A stretch of 64,000 nt of DNA from contig CANQYM010000009.1 of the NCBI GenBank assembly GCA_947628085.1, positions 3,698 through 67,697 on the forward strand, in the 5' to 3' direction. The position numbers and the translations under genes are program-made. The DNA comes from an uncultured Clostridia bacterium. GTDB lineage: Bacteria > Bacillota > Clostridia > TANB77 > CAG-508. Shown piece after piece: positions 27,425 through 38,166 of the stretch; the first letter of the stretch is position 1, and every line of letters starts with the position of its first letter. Below the pieces are notes generated by a model. That model did no database searches, had not been told where the DNA came from, and saw only the letters and a list, made by a program, of their open reading frames with translations.

Positions 27425-29890
27425 ATGGTTTATAAATTTACTAAAAGTGGTGAAAGAGTTCTAGAAATTGCTAATGAATTAGCCACAGACTTAGGACATA
27501 GTTATATAGGAACAGAACATATTTTATATGGTTTAGCTTGTGAAGAAAACGGTGTTGCTGGAAAGGTTTTAGAAAATCAAGATGTTGTTCCAGAAGATAT
27601 TTTAGATAAAATTGAAGAGATGATAGGTGGGCAAATAAAGGAAAACTTTTCTGTTTTAGGATTTACTCCTAGAACAAAAAAGATACTTGAAAATGCCTAT
27701 ATAGAAGCAAAAAAACTAGGATCTAACTATATAGGAACAGAACACATATTAGTGGGAATAATAAAAGAAGCAGATAGCTTAGCAAATAAGATTTTACTTA
27801 GTTTAAATGTAACATCTAATAGCATATATTCTGACATTGCTAAAACATTAAATGAATTTGAGGATACAGCAAATATTGGTGAGCAAGCTAAAGAAGAAGC
27901 AAGTAATTATACTTTATCACAAAATTTAAGCCAATTTGGAAATGACTTAACAAAGCAAGCAATGGAGGGAAAACTAGATCCAGTAATTGGAAGAAATGAA
28001 GAAACAGATAGAGTAATAGAAATTTTATCAAGAAGAACAAAAAATAATCCATGTTTAATTGGAGAACCAGGCGTTGGAAAAACAGCAGTTATTGAAGGAT
28101 TAGCACAAAAAATTGTGAACGGAAACATTCCAGAAAATTTAAAAGATAAAAAGGTAGTAACATTAGATATAACTTCTATGGTAGCTGGTGCAAAATATAG
28201 AGGAGATTTTGAAGACAGAGTAAAAAAATGTTTAGCAGAAGTAAAAAAATCAAAAGATATTATTTTATTTATTGATGAAATTCATACAATAGTTGGTGCA
28301 GGAGCAGCAGAAGGAGCAATAGATGCTGCAAATATTTTGAAACCTCTTTTGGCAAGAGGAGAAATACAAGTAGTTGGTGCAACTACTTTAAAAGAATACA
28401 GAAAATATATTGAAAAAGATACTGCTTTAGAAAGAAGATTTCAGCCAGTAAACATTTCAGAGCCAAACATAGAAGATTCAATAAAAATATTAAAAGGTTT
28501 AAGAGATAAATATGAAGCTCATCATAATGTTAAAATTACTGATGAGGCAATTAATTCGGCAGTTGAACTTTCTAATAGATACATTAATGACAGATTTTTA
28601 CCAGACAAGGCGATAGATTTAATAGATGAGGCATCTGCAAAAGTAAAATTAAAAGCTTTTATAGAACCAGAACATCTAAAAAATTTAGAAAAAGAACTAG
28701 AAAAAATTGTTAATGAAAAAGAAGAAGCAATTAACATTCAAAATTATGAAAGAGCTGCAAAATTAAGAGATAAAGAAAATGAATTATTAGAAGAATTAGA
28801 AAAAGAAAATGATAGGTGGAAAAATAAAACAAATAAAAAAGTAATAAATATAGAAAAAGAAGATGTTGAAACAATAATATCTAGGTGGACTGGAATTCCA
28901 ATTTATAAAATTAATGAAAGTGAAAATGAAAAACTTAAAAATTTAGAAAATTCTTTACACAAAAGAGTTGTAGGACAAGAAGAAGCAGTAAAGTCTGTTT
29001 CAAAAGCAATAAGAAGAAGTAGAGTGGGGTTAAAAGATCCAAATAGACCAATAGGTTCATTTTTATTTTTAGGACCAACCGGTGTTGGCAAAACAGAGCT
29101 TACAAAAGCATTAGCAGAGAGTTTATTTGGAGATGAAAATTCTATGATAAGAATAGATATGTCTGAATATATGGAAAGTCATTCTGTTTCTAAATTAATA
29201 GGCTCACCACCAGGATATGTGGGCTATGATGAAAATAATGGACTTACAGAAAAAATAAGGAGAAAACCTTATTCTGTGATATTATTTGATGAAGTAGAAA
29301 AAGCACATAGTGATGTGATGAATCTTTTACTACAAATTTTAGAAGATGGAATTTTAACAGATAGTCAAGGAAAAACAGTTAGTTTTAAAAATTCAGTAAT
29401 AATAATGACTTCAAATATTGGTGCAAGAGAAATTACAGAAAGAAAAAAATTAGGTTTTTCAGGAAACGATTTTTCAGCAGAAAATGAATATAACGATATT
29501 AAAAAAATGGTAAATGCAGAATTAAAAAAAGAGTTAAAACCAGAATTTATAAATAGAATAGATGAAATAGTAATTTTTCATAAATTAACAGATGATGAAA
29601 TAAAAGAAATAATAAATTTAATGCTAAATAAAGTTAGAAATAGACTCAAAAACCAAGGATATTATTTAGAATTTGATAAATCAATAAAAGATTTAATTAA
29701 GAAAAAAGGCACAGATATAAATTATGGTGCAAGACCTATAAGAAGAGCTATGCAGAATTATATAGAAGATAAATTAGCAGAAGCAATTCTAAATGGAGAA
29801 ATAAATAAAAATGAAAATAAAGTAATTTTTGCAGATGGAGAAAATATTTATTTTAAAAATTTAACTGATGTTTTAATTTCAAATAAATAA
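27425..29890 (+). CDS. clpC: ATP-dependent Clp protease ATP-binding subunit ClpC
   Basis: Two Clp_N repeats ([10 protein letters not shown] / [10 protein letters not shown]), two AAA+ modules ([18 protein letters not shown]) and a UVR-like motif ([11 protein letters not shown]). Confidence 0.92.
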   Translation: MVYKFTKSGERVLEIANELATDLGHSYIGTEHILYGLACEENGVAGKVLENQDVVPEDILDKIEEMIGGQIKENFSVLGFTPRTKKILENAYIEAKKLGSNYIGTEHILVGIIKEADSLANKILLSLNVTSNSIYSDIAKTLNEFEDTANIGEQAKEEASNYTLSQNLSQFGNDLTKQAMEGKLDPVIGRNEETDRVIEILSRRTKNNPCLIGEPGVGKTAVIEGLAQKIVNGNIPENLKDKKVVTLDITSMVAGAKYRGDFEDRVKKCLAEVKKSKDIILFIDEIHTIVGAGAAEGAIDAANILKPLLARGEIQVVGATTLKEYRKYIEKDTALERRFQPVNISEPNIEDSIKILKGLRDKYEAHHNVKITDEAINSAVELSNRYINDRFLPDKAIDLIDEASAKVKLKAFIEPEHLKNLEKELEKIVNEKEEAINIQNYERAAKLRDKENELLEELEKENDRWKNKTNKKVINIEKEDVETIISRWTGIPIYKINESENEKLKNLENSLHKRVVGQEEAVKSVSKAIRRSRVGLKDPNRPIGSFLFLGPTGVGKTELTKALAESLFGDENSMIRIDMSEYMESHSVSKLIGSPPGYVGYDENNGLTEKIRRKPYSVILFDEVEKAHSDVMNLLLQILEDGILTDSQGKTVSFKNSVIIMTSNIGAREITERKKLGFSGNDFSAENEYNDIKKMVNAELKKELKPEFINRIDEIVIFHKLTDDEIKEIINLMLNKVRNRLKNQGYYLEFDKSIKDLIKKKGTDINYGARPIRRAMQNYIEDKLAEAILNGEINKNENKVIFADGENIYFKNLTDVLISNK

Positions 29891-29895
29891 AAAAG

Positions 29896-29938
29896 AGCTC
29901 AAATTGCTAAATGATTTTAACAACAATTTGAGCTTTTT
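29896..29938. terminator. Bidirectional terminator between clpC (+) and the CDF transporter gene (-)
   Basis: AGCTCAAATTG / CAATTTGAGCT stem, with an A-run upstream and a T-run downstream. Confidence 0.75.
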
Positions 29939-29942
29939 AATT

Positions 29943-30809
29943 TTATAAATTTTCTGGATGAACATGAACAACTGCTTTTTCAATTTTATTCAAAGCTTCA
30001 ACATCTTTTTCCAAGTGATTAGCAAGTTTATGGCTTTCATATGTGCTCATATTTCCATCAACAGTTATAGTAAAAATTACAAAATAGTTATATCCAATTG
30101 GAATAGAATAAAGATTATAGCAATTTTTAATGTCCTCGTGTGATTTAACTAAATTCATAATAACATCTTTAGTTTTATCATCTAAAGAAACATCCATAAG
30201 TACATTATAGCTTTCAAAAAATATTTCAAATCCTGTAGTTAAAATCCATATAGAAATTCCAATACCAACTATTCCATCAACCCAATAAATATTTAAAAGT
30301 CCAAACAAAATAGAAATAAGAGTGAAAGTGGTAACTATGCAATCGTTTTTGTGGTCTTTATAGTTAGACTTTAAAAGTATGCTATCATATTTTTTGTACA
30401 TTTTTTTTGTATATAAATATAATATGAATTTAGTAATTATAGTAATAATACATACAATTACTAGAATCCAAGAAAATTCAAAATAAGATTTTTTAACTAA
30501 TCTAACAATTGAATCTATTAAAACTTTAAAAGAAACCAAAATCATAGTTATACTAATAAAAAGTGAAAAAATATATTCGGCTTTTCCATGTCCAAAGTTA
30601 TGGTCATTATCTTTAGGCTCACTAGAAATTTTATTTCCAATAAAAGTCATAAGAGATGCAATAATGTCTGATGCACTATTTACGCTATCTGCAATCATTG
30701 CTTGGCTTCTGGTAATAAAACCTATTGAAGCTTTTATAATTACTAAAAATATATTTCCTAAAATTCCAACAATTCCAGCTGTTTTTATGGTTTTAAATTT
30801 ATCCTGCAT
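29943..30809 (-). CDS. Cation diffusion facilitator (CDF) family metal efflux transporter
   Basis: Six TM segments, ADS.NS.SD and HGKAE-type motifs (IADSVNSASD, HNFGHGKAEY), and a C-terminal cytoplasmic domain. Confidence 0.85.
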   Translation of the reverse strand: MQDKFKTIKTAGIVGILGNIFLVIIKASIGFITRSQAMIADSVNSASDIIASLMTFIGNKISSEPKDNDHNFGHGKAEYIFSLFISITMILVSFKVLIDSIVRLVKKSYFEFSWILVIVCIITIITKFILYLYTKKMYKKYDSILLKSNYKDHKNDCIVTTFTLISILFGLLNIYWVDGIVGIGISIWILTTGFEIFFESYNVLMDVSLDDKTKDVIMNLVKSHEDIKNCYNLYSIPIGYNYFVIFTITVDGNMSTYESHKLANHLEKDVEALNKIEKAVVHVHPENL

Positions 30810-30961
30810 AAAATATCCTCCATATATAAATAATATGATACCATAGAATAAAAAATTTACAAGATTTAATTTAAAATTTCCTTAATTTAAGCTGTTTACT
30901 TTAAAATTGTTTTATGATATAATATCAAACAAATTTTGAGAAGAATATGGGGGAATGAAAA

Positions 30962-33424
30962 ATGAATTATTCTAAACAAGTTGATTTAAAATGGCAAAAA
31001 AAGTGGAAAGAGGATGGATTATATAAATTTGATGCTAATAGTAAAAAACCAAAATTTTACGCATTAGAAATGTTTTCATATCCTTCAGGTGCAAAATTAC
31101 ATTTAGGACACTGGTTTAATTTTGCTCCAGCAGATTCTTTTGCTAGATTTAAAAAGATGCAAGGCTATAATGTTTTTCATCCAATGGGATTTGATGCATT
31201 TGGTCTTCCAGCAGAAAACTATGCAATTAAAACTGGTATACATCCAGAAGATTCAACAAGAAAAAATATAGAAACAATGAAAAGACAATTAGAAGAAATG
31301 GGTGGTTCTTATGACTGGGATTACTCAGTTGAAACATGTATGCCAAATTATTATAAATGGACGCAATGGATTTTTACAAAATTATATGAAGCAGGTTTAG
31401 CTTATAAAAAAGAAGCACCTGTTAACTGGTGTGATAGCTGTAAAACAGTTTTAGCAAATGAACAAGTTATAGATTGCAAATGTGAGAGATGTGGAACTGT
31501 TATTGAAAGAAGAAAACTTGCACAATGGTTTTTCAAAATTACAGATTATGCAGAAGAACTATTAGATTGTTTAAAAGACTTAGATTGGCCAGAATCTACT
31601 AAAAAAGTTCAAACAAACTGGATTGGTAAATCTTATGGTAGTGAAGCTAAATTTAAAATTGAAAATACAGATTTAGAACTTAATATTTTCTCTACAAGAA
31701 TAGATACAATTTATGGTGTAACATATATGGTAGTTGCTCCAGAAAGTGATATTGTTAAGAAAATAACAACACCAGAACAAAAAGAAAAAGTAGAAAAATA
31801 TATTCAAAATACATTAAAATTAAATGAAATTGATAGATTATCAACAGAAAGAGAAAAAACAGGAGAATTCACAGGAGCTTATGCAATAAATCCTCTTACA
31901 GGAGATAGAGTTCCTATTTGGATTGCAGATTATGTTTTAGAAGACTACGGAACAGGTCAAATCATGGCTGTACCAGCACATGATGAAAGAGACTATGAAT
32001 TTGCTTTAAAATATAATTTACCAATTAAACAAGTAATAACAAGTAAAGATGGAAAAGAAGTAAAATTACCATACACAGAATATGGCGTATTAATAAACAG
32101 TGGTAAATATGATGGTTTAACACCAGAAGAAGCAAAAGACAAAATTACAGAAGAATTAGAAAAACAAAATGTAGGAAAGAAAACAATTAATTATAGATTG
32201 AAAGACTGGTTAATATCTAGACAAAGATATTGGGGAGCACCTATTCCAATTATAAATTGTGAAAAATGTGGAGCAGTTGCAGTTCCAGAAAAAGATTTAC
32301 CAGTATTACTTCCTTATGATGTTGAATTTAGACCAGATGGAGAATCTCCACTTAAAAAATCAAAGGAATTTATGCAATGTAAATGTCCAAAATGTGGAGC
32401 TCCAGCTACTAGAGAAGCAGATACATTAGACACTTTTGTATGTTCTTCTTGGTATCAATTAAGATATCCAGATGCAAAAAATGATAAAAAAGCATTTGAT
32501 AGAGATGTTGTAAACAAGATGGCTCCAGCAGATGTTTATGTTGGTGGAAAAGAACATGCTGCAATGCACTTAATTTATGCAAGATTCATGACAAAAGCAT
32601 TGCGTGATTTAGGATATTTAGACTTTAATGAACCATTTAAAAGATTAGTTCATCAAGGTATGATACTAGGACCAGATGGAAACAAAATGAGCAAAAGCAA
32701 AGGAAATACTGTATCACCAGATGAATACATAGACAAATATGGTGCAGATATATTTAGAATGTATTTAATGTTTGGATTTGACTATAAAAATGGCGGACCT
32801 TGGGATGATAAAGGAATAGAAGCAATGACTAGATACTTTACAAGAATAGAAAAATTAATTGATTCTATTGCTAATAATGAAATATCTTATGGTGAAGAAA
32901 AAGAACCATCAATGGAAGAAAAAGAGCTTTTAAGAGTAAAAGCAAGAACAATAAAAGCAATGTCACAAGATATTGAAGAATTCCAATTTAACACTGCAAT
33001 TGCAAGACATATGGAATTATTAAATCAAATAAATGAATACTTAAGATCTAAAAATATAAATGAAAAAATATTTAAACAAGTAGTTACAGAATATTTAATT
33101 TTATTAGCACCACTTGCTCCACATTTTGCTGAAGAATTGTGGAAAAACTTTGGAAAAGAAACTTCAATTCATAAAGAAGAATGGCCAAAATTAAATGAAG
33201 ACGAATTAAATGGTGGAACAAAGCAAGTGCCAATTCAAATAAATGGTAAATTAAAAGATTGCATTTCTGTTGATGCAGAAGCAAGTAATGAAGAAATTTT
33301 AGAATTAATTAAGAAAAGTCCAAAAATTGTAGAAGCATATAATAATTTTGAAATTAAAAAAGAAATTTATGTTCCAGGAAAAATTTATAATTTAGTAACT
33401 GGAAATAAAAAATTTAACAAATAA
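30962..33424 (+). CDS. leuS: Leucine--tRNA ligase
   Basis: HLGH (HIGH variant), the KMSKSKGN signature, and a CP1 editing domain. 820 aa. Confidence 0.97.
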   Translation: MNYSKQVDLKWQKKWKEDGLYKFDANSKKPKFYALEMFSYPSGAKLHLGHWFNFAPADSFARFKKMQGYNVFHPMGFDAFGLPAENYAIKTGIHPEDSTRKNIETMKRQLEEMGGSYDWDYSVETCMPNYYKWTQWIFTKLYEAGLAYKKEAPVNWCDSCKTVLANEQVIDCKCERCGTVIERRKLAQWFFKITDYAEELLDCLKDLDWPESTKKVQTNWIGKSYGSEAKFKIENTDLELNIFSTRIDTIYGVTYMVVAPESDIVKKITTPEQKEKVEKYIQNTLKLNEIDRLSTEREKTGEFTGAYAINPLTGDRVPIWIADYVLEDYGTGQIMAVPAHDERDYEFALKYNLPIKQVITSKDGKEVKLPYTEYGVLINSGKYDGLTPEEAKDKITEELEKQNVGKKTINYRLKDWLISRQRYWGAPIPIINCEKCGAVAVPEKDLPVLLPYDVEFRPDGESPLKKSKEFMQCKCPKCGAPATREADTLDTFVCSSWYQLRYPDAKNDKKAFDRDVVNKMAPADVYVGGKEHAAMHLIYARFMTKALRDLGYLDFNEPFKRLVHQGMILGPDGNKMSKSKGNTVSPDEYIDKYGADIFRMYLMFGFDYKNGGPWDDKGIEAMTRYFTRIEKLIDSIANNEISYGEEKEPSMEEKELLRVKARTIKAMSQDIEEFQFNTAIARHMELLNQINEYLRSKNINEKIFKQVVTEYLILLAPLAPHFAEELWKNFGKETSIHKEEWPKLNEDELNGGTKQVPIQINGKLKDCISVDAEASNEEILELIKKSPKIVEAYNNFEIKKEIYVPGKIYNLVTGNKKFNK

Positions 33425-33497
33425 TATTTGAATTTAAAATATTGATTTAAAAAATTCTATATGTTATAATCATCTTGATTTAACAAAAGAAAGATAG

Positions 33498-33839
33498 GTG
33501 TTATTTTTGATATTTGTAGCAATAATAATTTTGCTATTAATGATGATTATTTTACTTACCTTGCTGGCTGTTGTTCAAATAAAAATGGCTGGTATTGAAG
33601 TAAAAGACTTTTGGTCTTTCATCAAAGCAAATGATACTTTAAATAAATTATACGCATTCTCTGTAAAGTACGAAAAACTTAGCCCTCAACAACAGGTTAT
33701 GTTTTTGCACGAAGCAGATACAATATTCGATGCTTTTGCAAAAGTTCCGGACATGCTTTGGGAAGAAGAATATCCAAAATATATGAAGATTTTAGATAAA
33801 TATAAAGATATAAAAATAAAAAGATGGGAATCTCAGTAA
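33498..33839 (+). CDS. Hypothetical small membrane-anchored protein (113 aa)
   Basis: N-terminal TM segment then a soluble domain. No recognisable family. The start (GTG 33498 or TTG 33507) is uncertain. A terminator hairpin follows. Confidence 0.45.
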   Translation: MLFLIFVAIIILLLMMIILLTLLAVVQIKMAGIEVKDFWSFIKANDTLNKLYAFSVKYEKLSPQQQVMFLHEADTIFDAFAKVPDMLWEEEYPKYMKILDKYKDIKIKRWESQ

Positions 33840-33920
33840 TCTTGCCGAGATTCTTTTTTTTCACATTTTTAAACTTTTCTCATAATATATAAATATATTA
33901 AAAAGAGGGAAGGTATAAAA

Positions 33921-35060
33921 ATGGATATAAAATATTTTGATCATTCGGCAACCACACCAGTTGACAAAAGAGTATTAAATGAAATGATGCCATATTTTTC
34001 AGAAAACTATGGAAATCCTTCTTCTTTATATAGTTTAGGAAAAGCAAATAAAGAAATAATAAATATATATAGAATGAAAATTGCTAATATTTTAGGAGCA
34101 AAAGTAAATGAAATTTATTTTACAAGCTGTGGAAGTGAAAGTGATAATATGATTATCAAAGGAATTGCTTTTGCGAATAGACATTTAGGAAACCACATTA
34201 TTACTACACAAATAGAACATCCAGCTGTATTAGACACTTGTAAATTTTTGGAAAAATTTGGCTTTAGAATTACCTATTTAAAACCAAAAGAAAATGGAAT
34301 AATTGATGTAAACGAATTAGAAAAAAGCATAACAAGGAATACAATTTTAATTAGTGTTATGTTTGCAAATAATGAAATTGGCACAATTCAGCCTATAAAA
34401 GAAATAGGTGAAATTGCTAGAAAATATAAAATATATTTTCACACAGATGCAGTTCAGGCAATTGGAAATATAGATATAAATGTTAAAGAATATAATATAG
34501 ATGCTTTATCTATGTCTGCTCATAAATTTTATGGACCAAAGGGCATGGGGGTAGCATATATTAATGAAAATGTATCTTTTATTAGAATGCAAGATGGCGG
34601 ACATCAAGAAAAAAATAAAAGAGCAGGTACAGAAAATGTAGCAGGAATTGTTGGAACAGGAAAAGCATTGGAAATTGCTAAACATGAATTAATTCAAAAT
34701 AATAATCACATAAAAAAATTGAGAGATTTTTATGTTTCAGAAATTATGAGAAAAATTAAATATGTAAAATTAAATGGAGATATGGAAAAAAGATTGCCAG
34801 GAAATGCAAATATTTCATTTAGTGGAATAGAAGGAAGTTTACTACTAAGCAAATTAGATGAAAGGGGAATATGTGCATCAAGTGGTTCTGCTTGCAGTGC
34901 TGGACTTTTAAATCCATCACATGTGCTTCTTTCGATAGGAGTTCCTAAAAATTTGGCAAAAAGTAGTTTGAGAATAACTTTTGGAAGAGAAAACACTTTA
35001 GAAGATACAAAATATTTAATAGATAGTATAGAAGAAATTGTAAAAGAATTAAGAAATTGA
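33921..35060 (+). CDS. nifS: Cysteine desulfurase (NifS/IscS, class V aminotransferase)
   Basis: PLP-lysine motif SAHKFYGPKG and active-site SSGSACS. Confidence 0.9.
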   Translation: MDIKYFDHSATTPVDKRVLNEMMPYFSENYGNPSSLYSLGKANKEIINIYRMKIANILGAKVNEIYFTSCGSESDNMIIKGIAFANRHLGNHIITTQIEHPAVLDTCKFLEKFGFRITYLKPKENGIIDVNELEKSITRNTILISVMFANNEIGTIQPIKEIGEIARKYKIYFHTDAVQAIGNIDINVKEYNIDALSMSAHKFYGPKGMGVAYINENVSFIRMQDGGHQEKNKRAGTENVAGIVGTGKALEIAKHELIQNNNHIKKLRDFYVSEIMRKIKYVKLNGDMEKRLPGNANISFSGIEGSLLLSKLDERGICASSGSACSAGLLNPSHVLLSIGVPKNLAKSSLRITFGRENTLEDTKYLIDSIEEIVKELRN

Positions 35061-35100
35061 TAATCTTGCAAGTATTAAGAACTTAAAAGAATATAATGAA

Positions 35101-35167
35101 AAAGAGATTTGAGTAAAAAAATGAATCCTCTTTATTTATGAGGATTCATCTAAAATTTCAAATCTCT
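35101..35167. terminator. Nested bidirectional terminator between nifS (+) and the SPFH gene (-)
   Basis: Inner stem ATGAATCCTC / GAGGATTCAT and outer stem AAGAGATTTGA / TCAAATCTCTT. Confidence 0.7.
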
Positions 35168-35173
35168 TCTTAA

Positions 35174-36091
35174 TTATTCAGCATCTTTTTTACGGTTATC
35201 TTTAACAGCTTCAGACATTGCACCTAAACTGCTAAGTGCTTTTGTTGCTTCAAAAGGAATAAATATTTTATTTGCTTCACCTTTTGCAACTTCTTGTAGA
35301 GCTTCTAAAGATTTTAATTGAACTAATTTATCGTTTGGATCAGATTTTTTAATTGCATCATAAACCATATGAATTTCTTGAGCTTTTGCATCAGCAACTT
35401 GTTTTATAGCTTCAGCTTCACCGGAAGCTCTTCTAATTCTAGCTTCTTTATCAGCTTCAGCATCTAATATAGCAGCTTCTTTTCTACCTTCAGCAAGTGT
35501 AATTGCAGATTGTCTTTCACCTTCTGCTTCAAGAATTAAAGCTCTTTTATTTCTTTCTGCGTTCATTTGTTTTTCCATTGCATCTCTAATGTCAGCAGGT
35601 GGTGTAATATCTTTAATTTCAACTCTATCGATTTTACATCCCCAAGCATCTGTTGCTTCATCTAGTATTGCTCTTAATTTATCATTAATGATATCTCTTG
35701 AACTAAATGTTTCATCTAATTCCATTTTACCAACGATATCACGAATTGTTGTTATAGATAAATATTCAATACCTTTTTTCAAACTTTGAATTTCATAAAC
35801 TGCTTTTGCAGGATCTGTAATTTTGTAGAACACAACTGTATCTATAGTAATTGTAACGTTATCTGATGTGATAACAGCTTGTGGTGGAACGTCCATTGTT
35901 TGTTGTTTTAAACTTACAACTGAACGAACTTGATCAAGAAATGGTACAATTATTGTAAGACCAGCTTCTGCAACTTTATGAAATCTACCTAATCTTTCAA
36001 TAATATAAACTTCTGATTGCTTAACAATTTTAATTGTTTTATAAGCTACAATACAAATGATGATAAATAGTACTAATACGAATCCTCCCAT
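35174..36091 (-). CDS. SPFH/band-7 (stomatin/prohibitin-like) membrane protein
   Basis: N-terminal TM segment, an SPFH core (IIERLGRFHK...TRDNV-like), and an Ala/Glu-rich coiled-coil C-terminus. Confidence 0.88.
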   Translation of the reverse strand: MGGFVLVLFIIICIVAYKTIKIVKQSEVYIIERLGRFHKVAEAGLTIIVPFLDQVRSVVSLKQQTMDVPPQAVITSDNVTITIDTVVFYKITDPAKAVYEIQSLKKGIEYLSITTIRDIVGKMELDETFSSRDIINDKLRAILDEATDAWGCKIDRVEIKDITPPADIRDAMEKQMNAERNKRALILEAEGERQSAITLAEGRKEAAILDAEADKEARIRRASGEAEAIKQVADAKAQEIHMVYDAIKKSDPNDKLVQLKSLEALQEVAKGEANKIFIPFEATKALSSLGAMSEAVKDNRKKDAE

Positions 36092-36112
36092 TATAATAAA
36101 TCCTCCTAAATT

Positions 36113-36541
36113 TTATACTAAGGGTTTAACTATTGCTTTTACACCCTCAATTTTTTCAACAACTATTTCTGTATCTTTAGAAATATATGTGTTGTCAATA
36201 GATTTCGCAGACCAAGTCTCACCATCTATTTTTATTTGACCTTTTGAATTAATAGGGTCAATGTCTGTAGTAACTTTTCCAACCTTTCCTTCGATTGAAG
36301 CGGAATTTGTTTTAATAAATGAATCATTAGATGTGAATTTACTAACAAAAGGTTTTGTTGCAAATAATAAAATTGTAGATGAAATTAAAAAAATTGCAGC
36401 TTGAATAGCAATATTATCTATAAAGAAACTTGCAATCATTGCTATGAAAGCTCCAACTGCGAACCAAAAAACTAGAAACCCTAAATTAATAATTTCTATT
36501 ACTAAAAAAATTCCTGAAAGGATAAGCCAAATTTTCCACAT
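36113..36541 (-). CDS. NfeD family membrane protein (operon partner of the SPFH protein)
   Basis: Three or four TM segments followed by a C-terminal OB-fold-like segment (G.V......G.I.I.GE.W.A). Lies immediately upstream of the SPFH gene on the same strand. Confidence 0.8.
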   Translation of the reverse strand: MWKIWLILSGIFLVIEIINLGFLVFWFAVGAFIAMIASFFIDNIAIQAAIFLISSTILLFATKPFVSKFTSNDSFIKTNSASIEGKVGKVTTDIDPINSKGQIKIDGETWSAKSIDNTYISKDTEIVVEKIEGVKAIVKPLV

Positions 36542-36743
36542 ATATTACCTCCAATTCATTCTAAAAAACAGAATAATAGAATTTTTTACATTAACATTAT
36601 ACTATATAATAATAAAAAAATAAACATTTTTTTGAAAAATACAAAAAAATATGTCAAAAAAAAGTAGATTTTTTAAAAGTCTTATTATATAATTTCAAAC
36701 ATAGATTAAAAATCTAAATAAATTTATGTGAGGAAAAAAGAGT

Positions 36744-37835
36744 ATGAAGTCAAAATTAGTTACAATATTAGGAATAATACTAGGAATTGTAATTATATTA
36801 TTTGTAGGTTTATTTATTTGGTATAGTAGTAGTTTAAAACCTGTAAAAAAGGCTTCTACTCAAGAAAATATTCCAATTAGAGTAGAAATTAAAGAAGGAA
36901 TGGGACTTTCTGGTATAGCAAATTTATTAGAAGAAAATAATGTAATAAAAAGTGCTTTTGCCACAAAATTATATGCTAAAGTAAACAATATTAGTAATTT
37001 AAAAGCAGGTAAATATGATTTAGATAATACTGAAAATACGCAAACTATATTAGAACATATTGTAAATGGCGAAATTGCTAACGATGAAGTTAAAATTACT
37101 TTTATTGAAGGCAAGAATATGAGATGGATAGCAAAAACAATTGCAAATTCAACAGAAAATACAGAAGAAGATGTTTTTAAACTTTTAGAAGATGAAGAAT
37201 ATATTGATTCACTAATAGAAAAATACTGGTTTATTACAGATGATATAAAAAATGAAGATATATATTATCCTTTAGAAGGATATTTATTACCAGATACATA
37301 TACTTTTGAAAATGAAGAAGTTTCAGTAGAAAATATTTTTAGTGTAATTTTAGATTACACAGAAAAGTTTTTAAATAATTATAAAAAAGATATTGAAAAT
37401 AGTGATTTTACAATACATGAAATTTTAACTCTTGCATCTCTTGCAGAGCTAGAAGGAGAATCTACAGAAGATAGAGCAGAAATAGTTGGAGTTTTCCTAA
37501 ATAGATTATCTAGAACAATTCCTTTAGGAAGTGATGTAAGCACTTATTATGCTTTTAAAATTGATATGGGAGAAAGAAACTTAACAAAAAAAGAACTAAA
37601 TACAGAAAATCCATATAATACTAGAGGACCAAATATGGCAGGAAAAATACCAGTAGGACCTATTTGCAATCCTAGCAAATCAGCAATAGAAGCAACTTTA
37701 CACTATAAAGAAACAGATGCATTTTATTTTGTAGCAGATAAGAATAAAAAAGTTTATTTTACAAAAACAGAAAATGAACATAATAAGAAAATTAAGGAAT
37801 TAAAAGATGAAGGTTTATGGTATGTTTATGAATAA
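36744..37835 (+). CDS. mltG: Endolytic murein transglycosylase MltG (YceG-like)
   Basis: N-terminal TM segment, LASLAELEG (catalytic Glu region), and NPYNTR...GPI.NP. Confidence 0.88.
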   Translation: MKSKLVTILGIILGIVIILFVGLFIWYSSSLKPVKKASTQENIPIRVEIKEGMGLSGIANLLEENNVIKSAFATKLYAKVNNISNLKAGKYDLDNTENTQTILEHIVNGEIANDEVKITFIEGKNMRWIAKTIANSTENTEEDVFKLLEDEEYIDSLIEKYWFITDDIKNEDIYYPLEGYLLPDTYTFENEEVSVENIFSVILDYTEKFLNNYKKDIENSDFTIHEILTLASLAELEGESTEDRAEIVGVFLNRLSRTIPLGSDVSTYYAFKIDMGERNLTKKELNTENPYNTRGPNMAGKIPVGPICNPSKSAIEATLHYKETDAFYFVADKNKKVYFTKTENEHNKKIKELKDEGLWYVYE

Positions 37836-37838
37836 AAC

Positions 37839-37868
37839 TTGACAACATAGCCAAAACTACGTTATAAT
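37839..37868 (+). promoter_or_regulatory. Sigma-A promoter of the aspS T-box leader
   Basis: TTGACA, 18 nt spacer, TATAAT. Confidence 0.55.
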
Positions 37869-37874
37869 AAATAT

Positions 37875-38112
37875 ATTATAGACATTGCTGTGAAGATGAA
37901 AGCATTTTGAAAAACATTTTACAGAGAAAAAATGCCACCGGCTGAGAGCATTTTAAATAAAGTTCAATTTGTGAAACACATTGGAGCAATTTACAGTTGT
38001 AATTTATGCAACAAATAAAAGTGGAAAACAAAGTAAGTTTTCAAATAGGGTGGCACCGCGGAAGTTTAGCTTTCGTCCCTGTAACTTAGGTTACAGAGAT
38101 GAAAGCTTTTTT
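37875..38112 (+). promoter_or_regulatory. T-box riboswitch leader controlling aspS (specifier position reads AAC)
   Basis: Stem I base pairs ATTGCT (37884-89) with AGCAAT (37985-90), with AGAGA and GA-type elements. The conserved T-box sequence AATAGGGTGGCACCGCG lies at 38043-38060. The terminator is 38068-38107 plus T6. Confidence 0.9.
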
Positions 38113-38166
38113 GTTTGAATAAAAATTTCCGTCCCTATGTAAAAATAAAAAAAGGAGTGAATTTTT

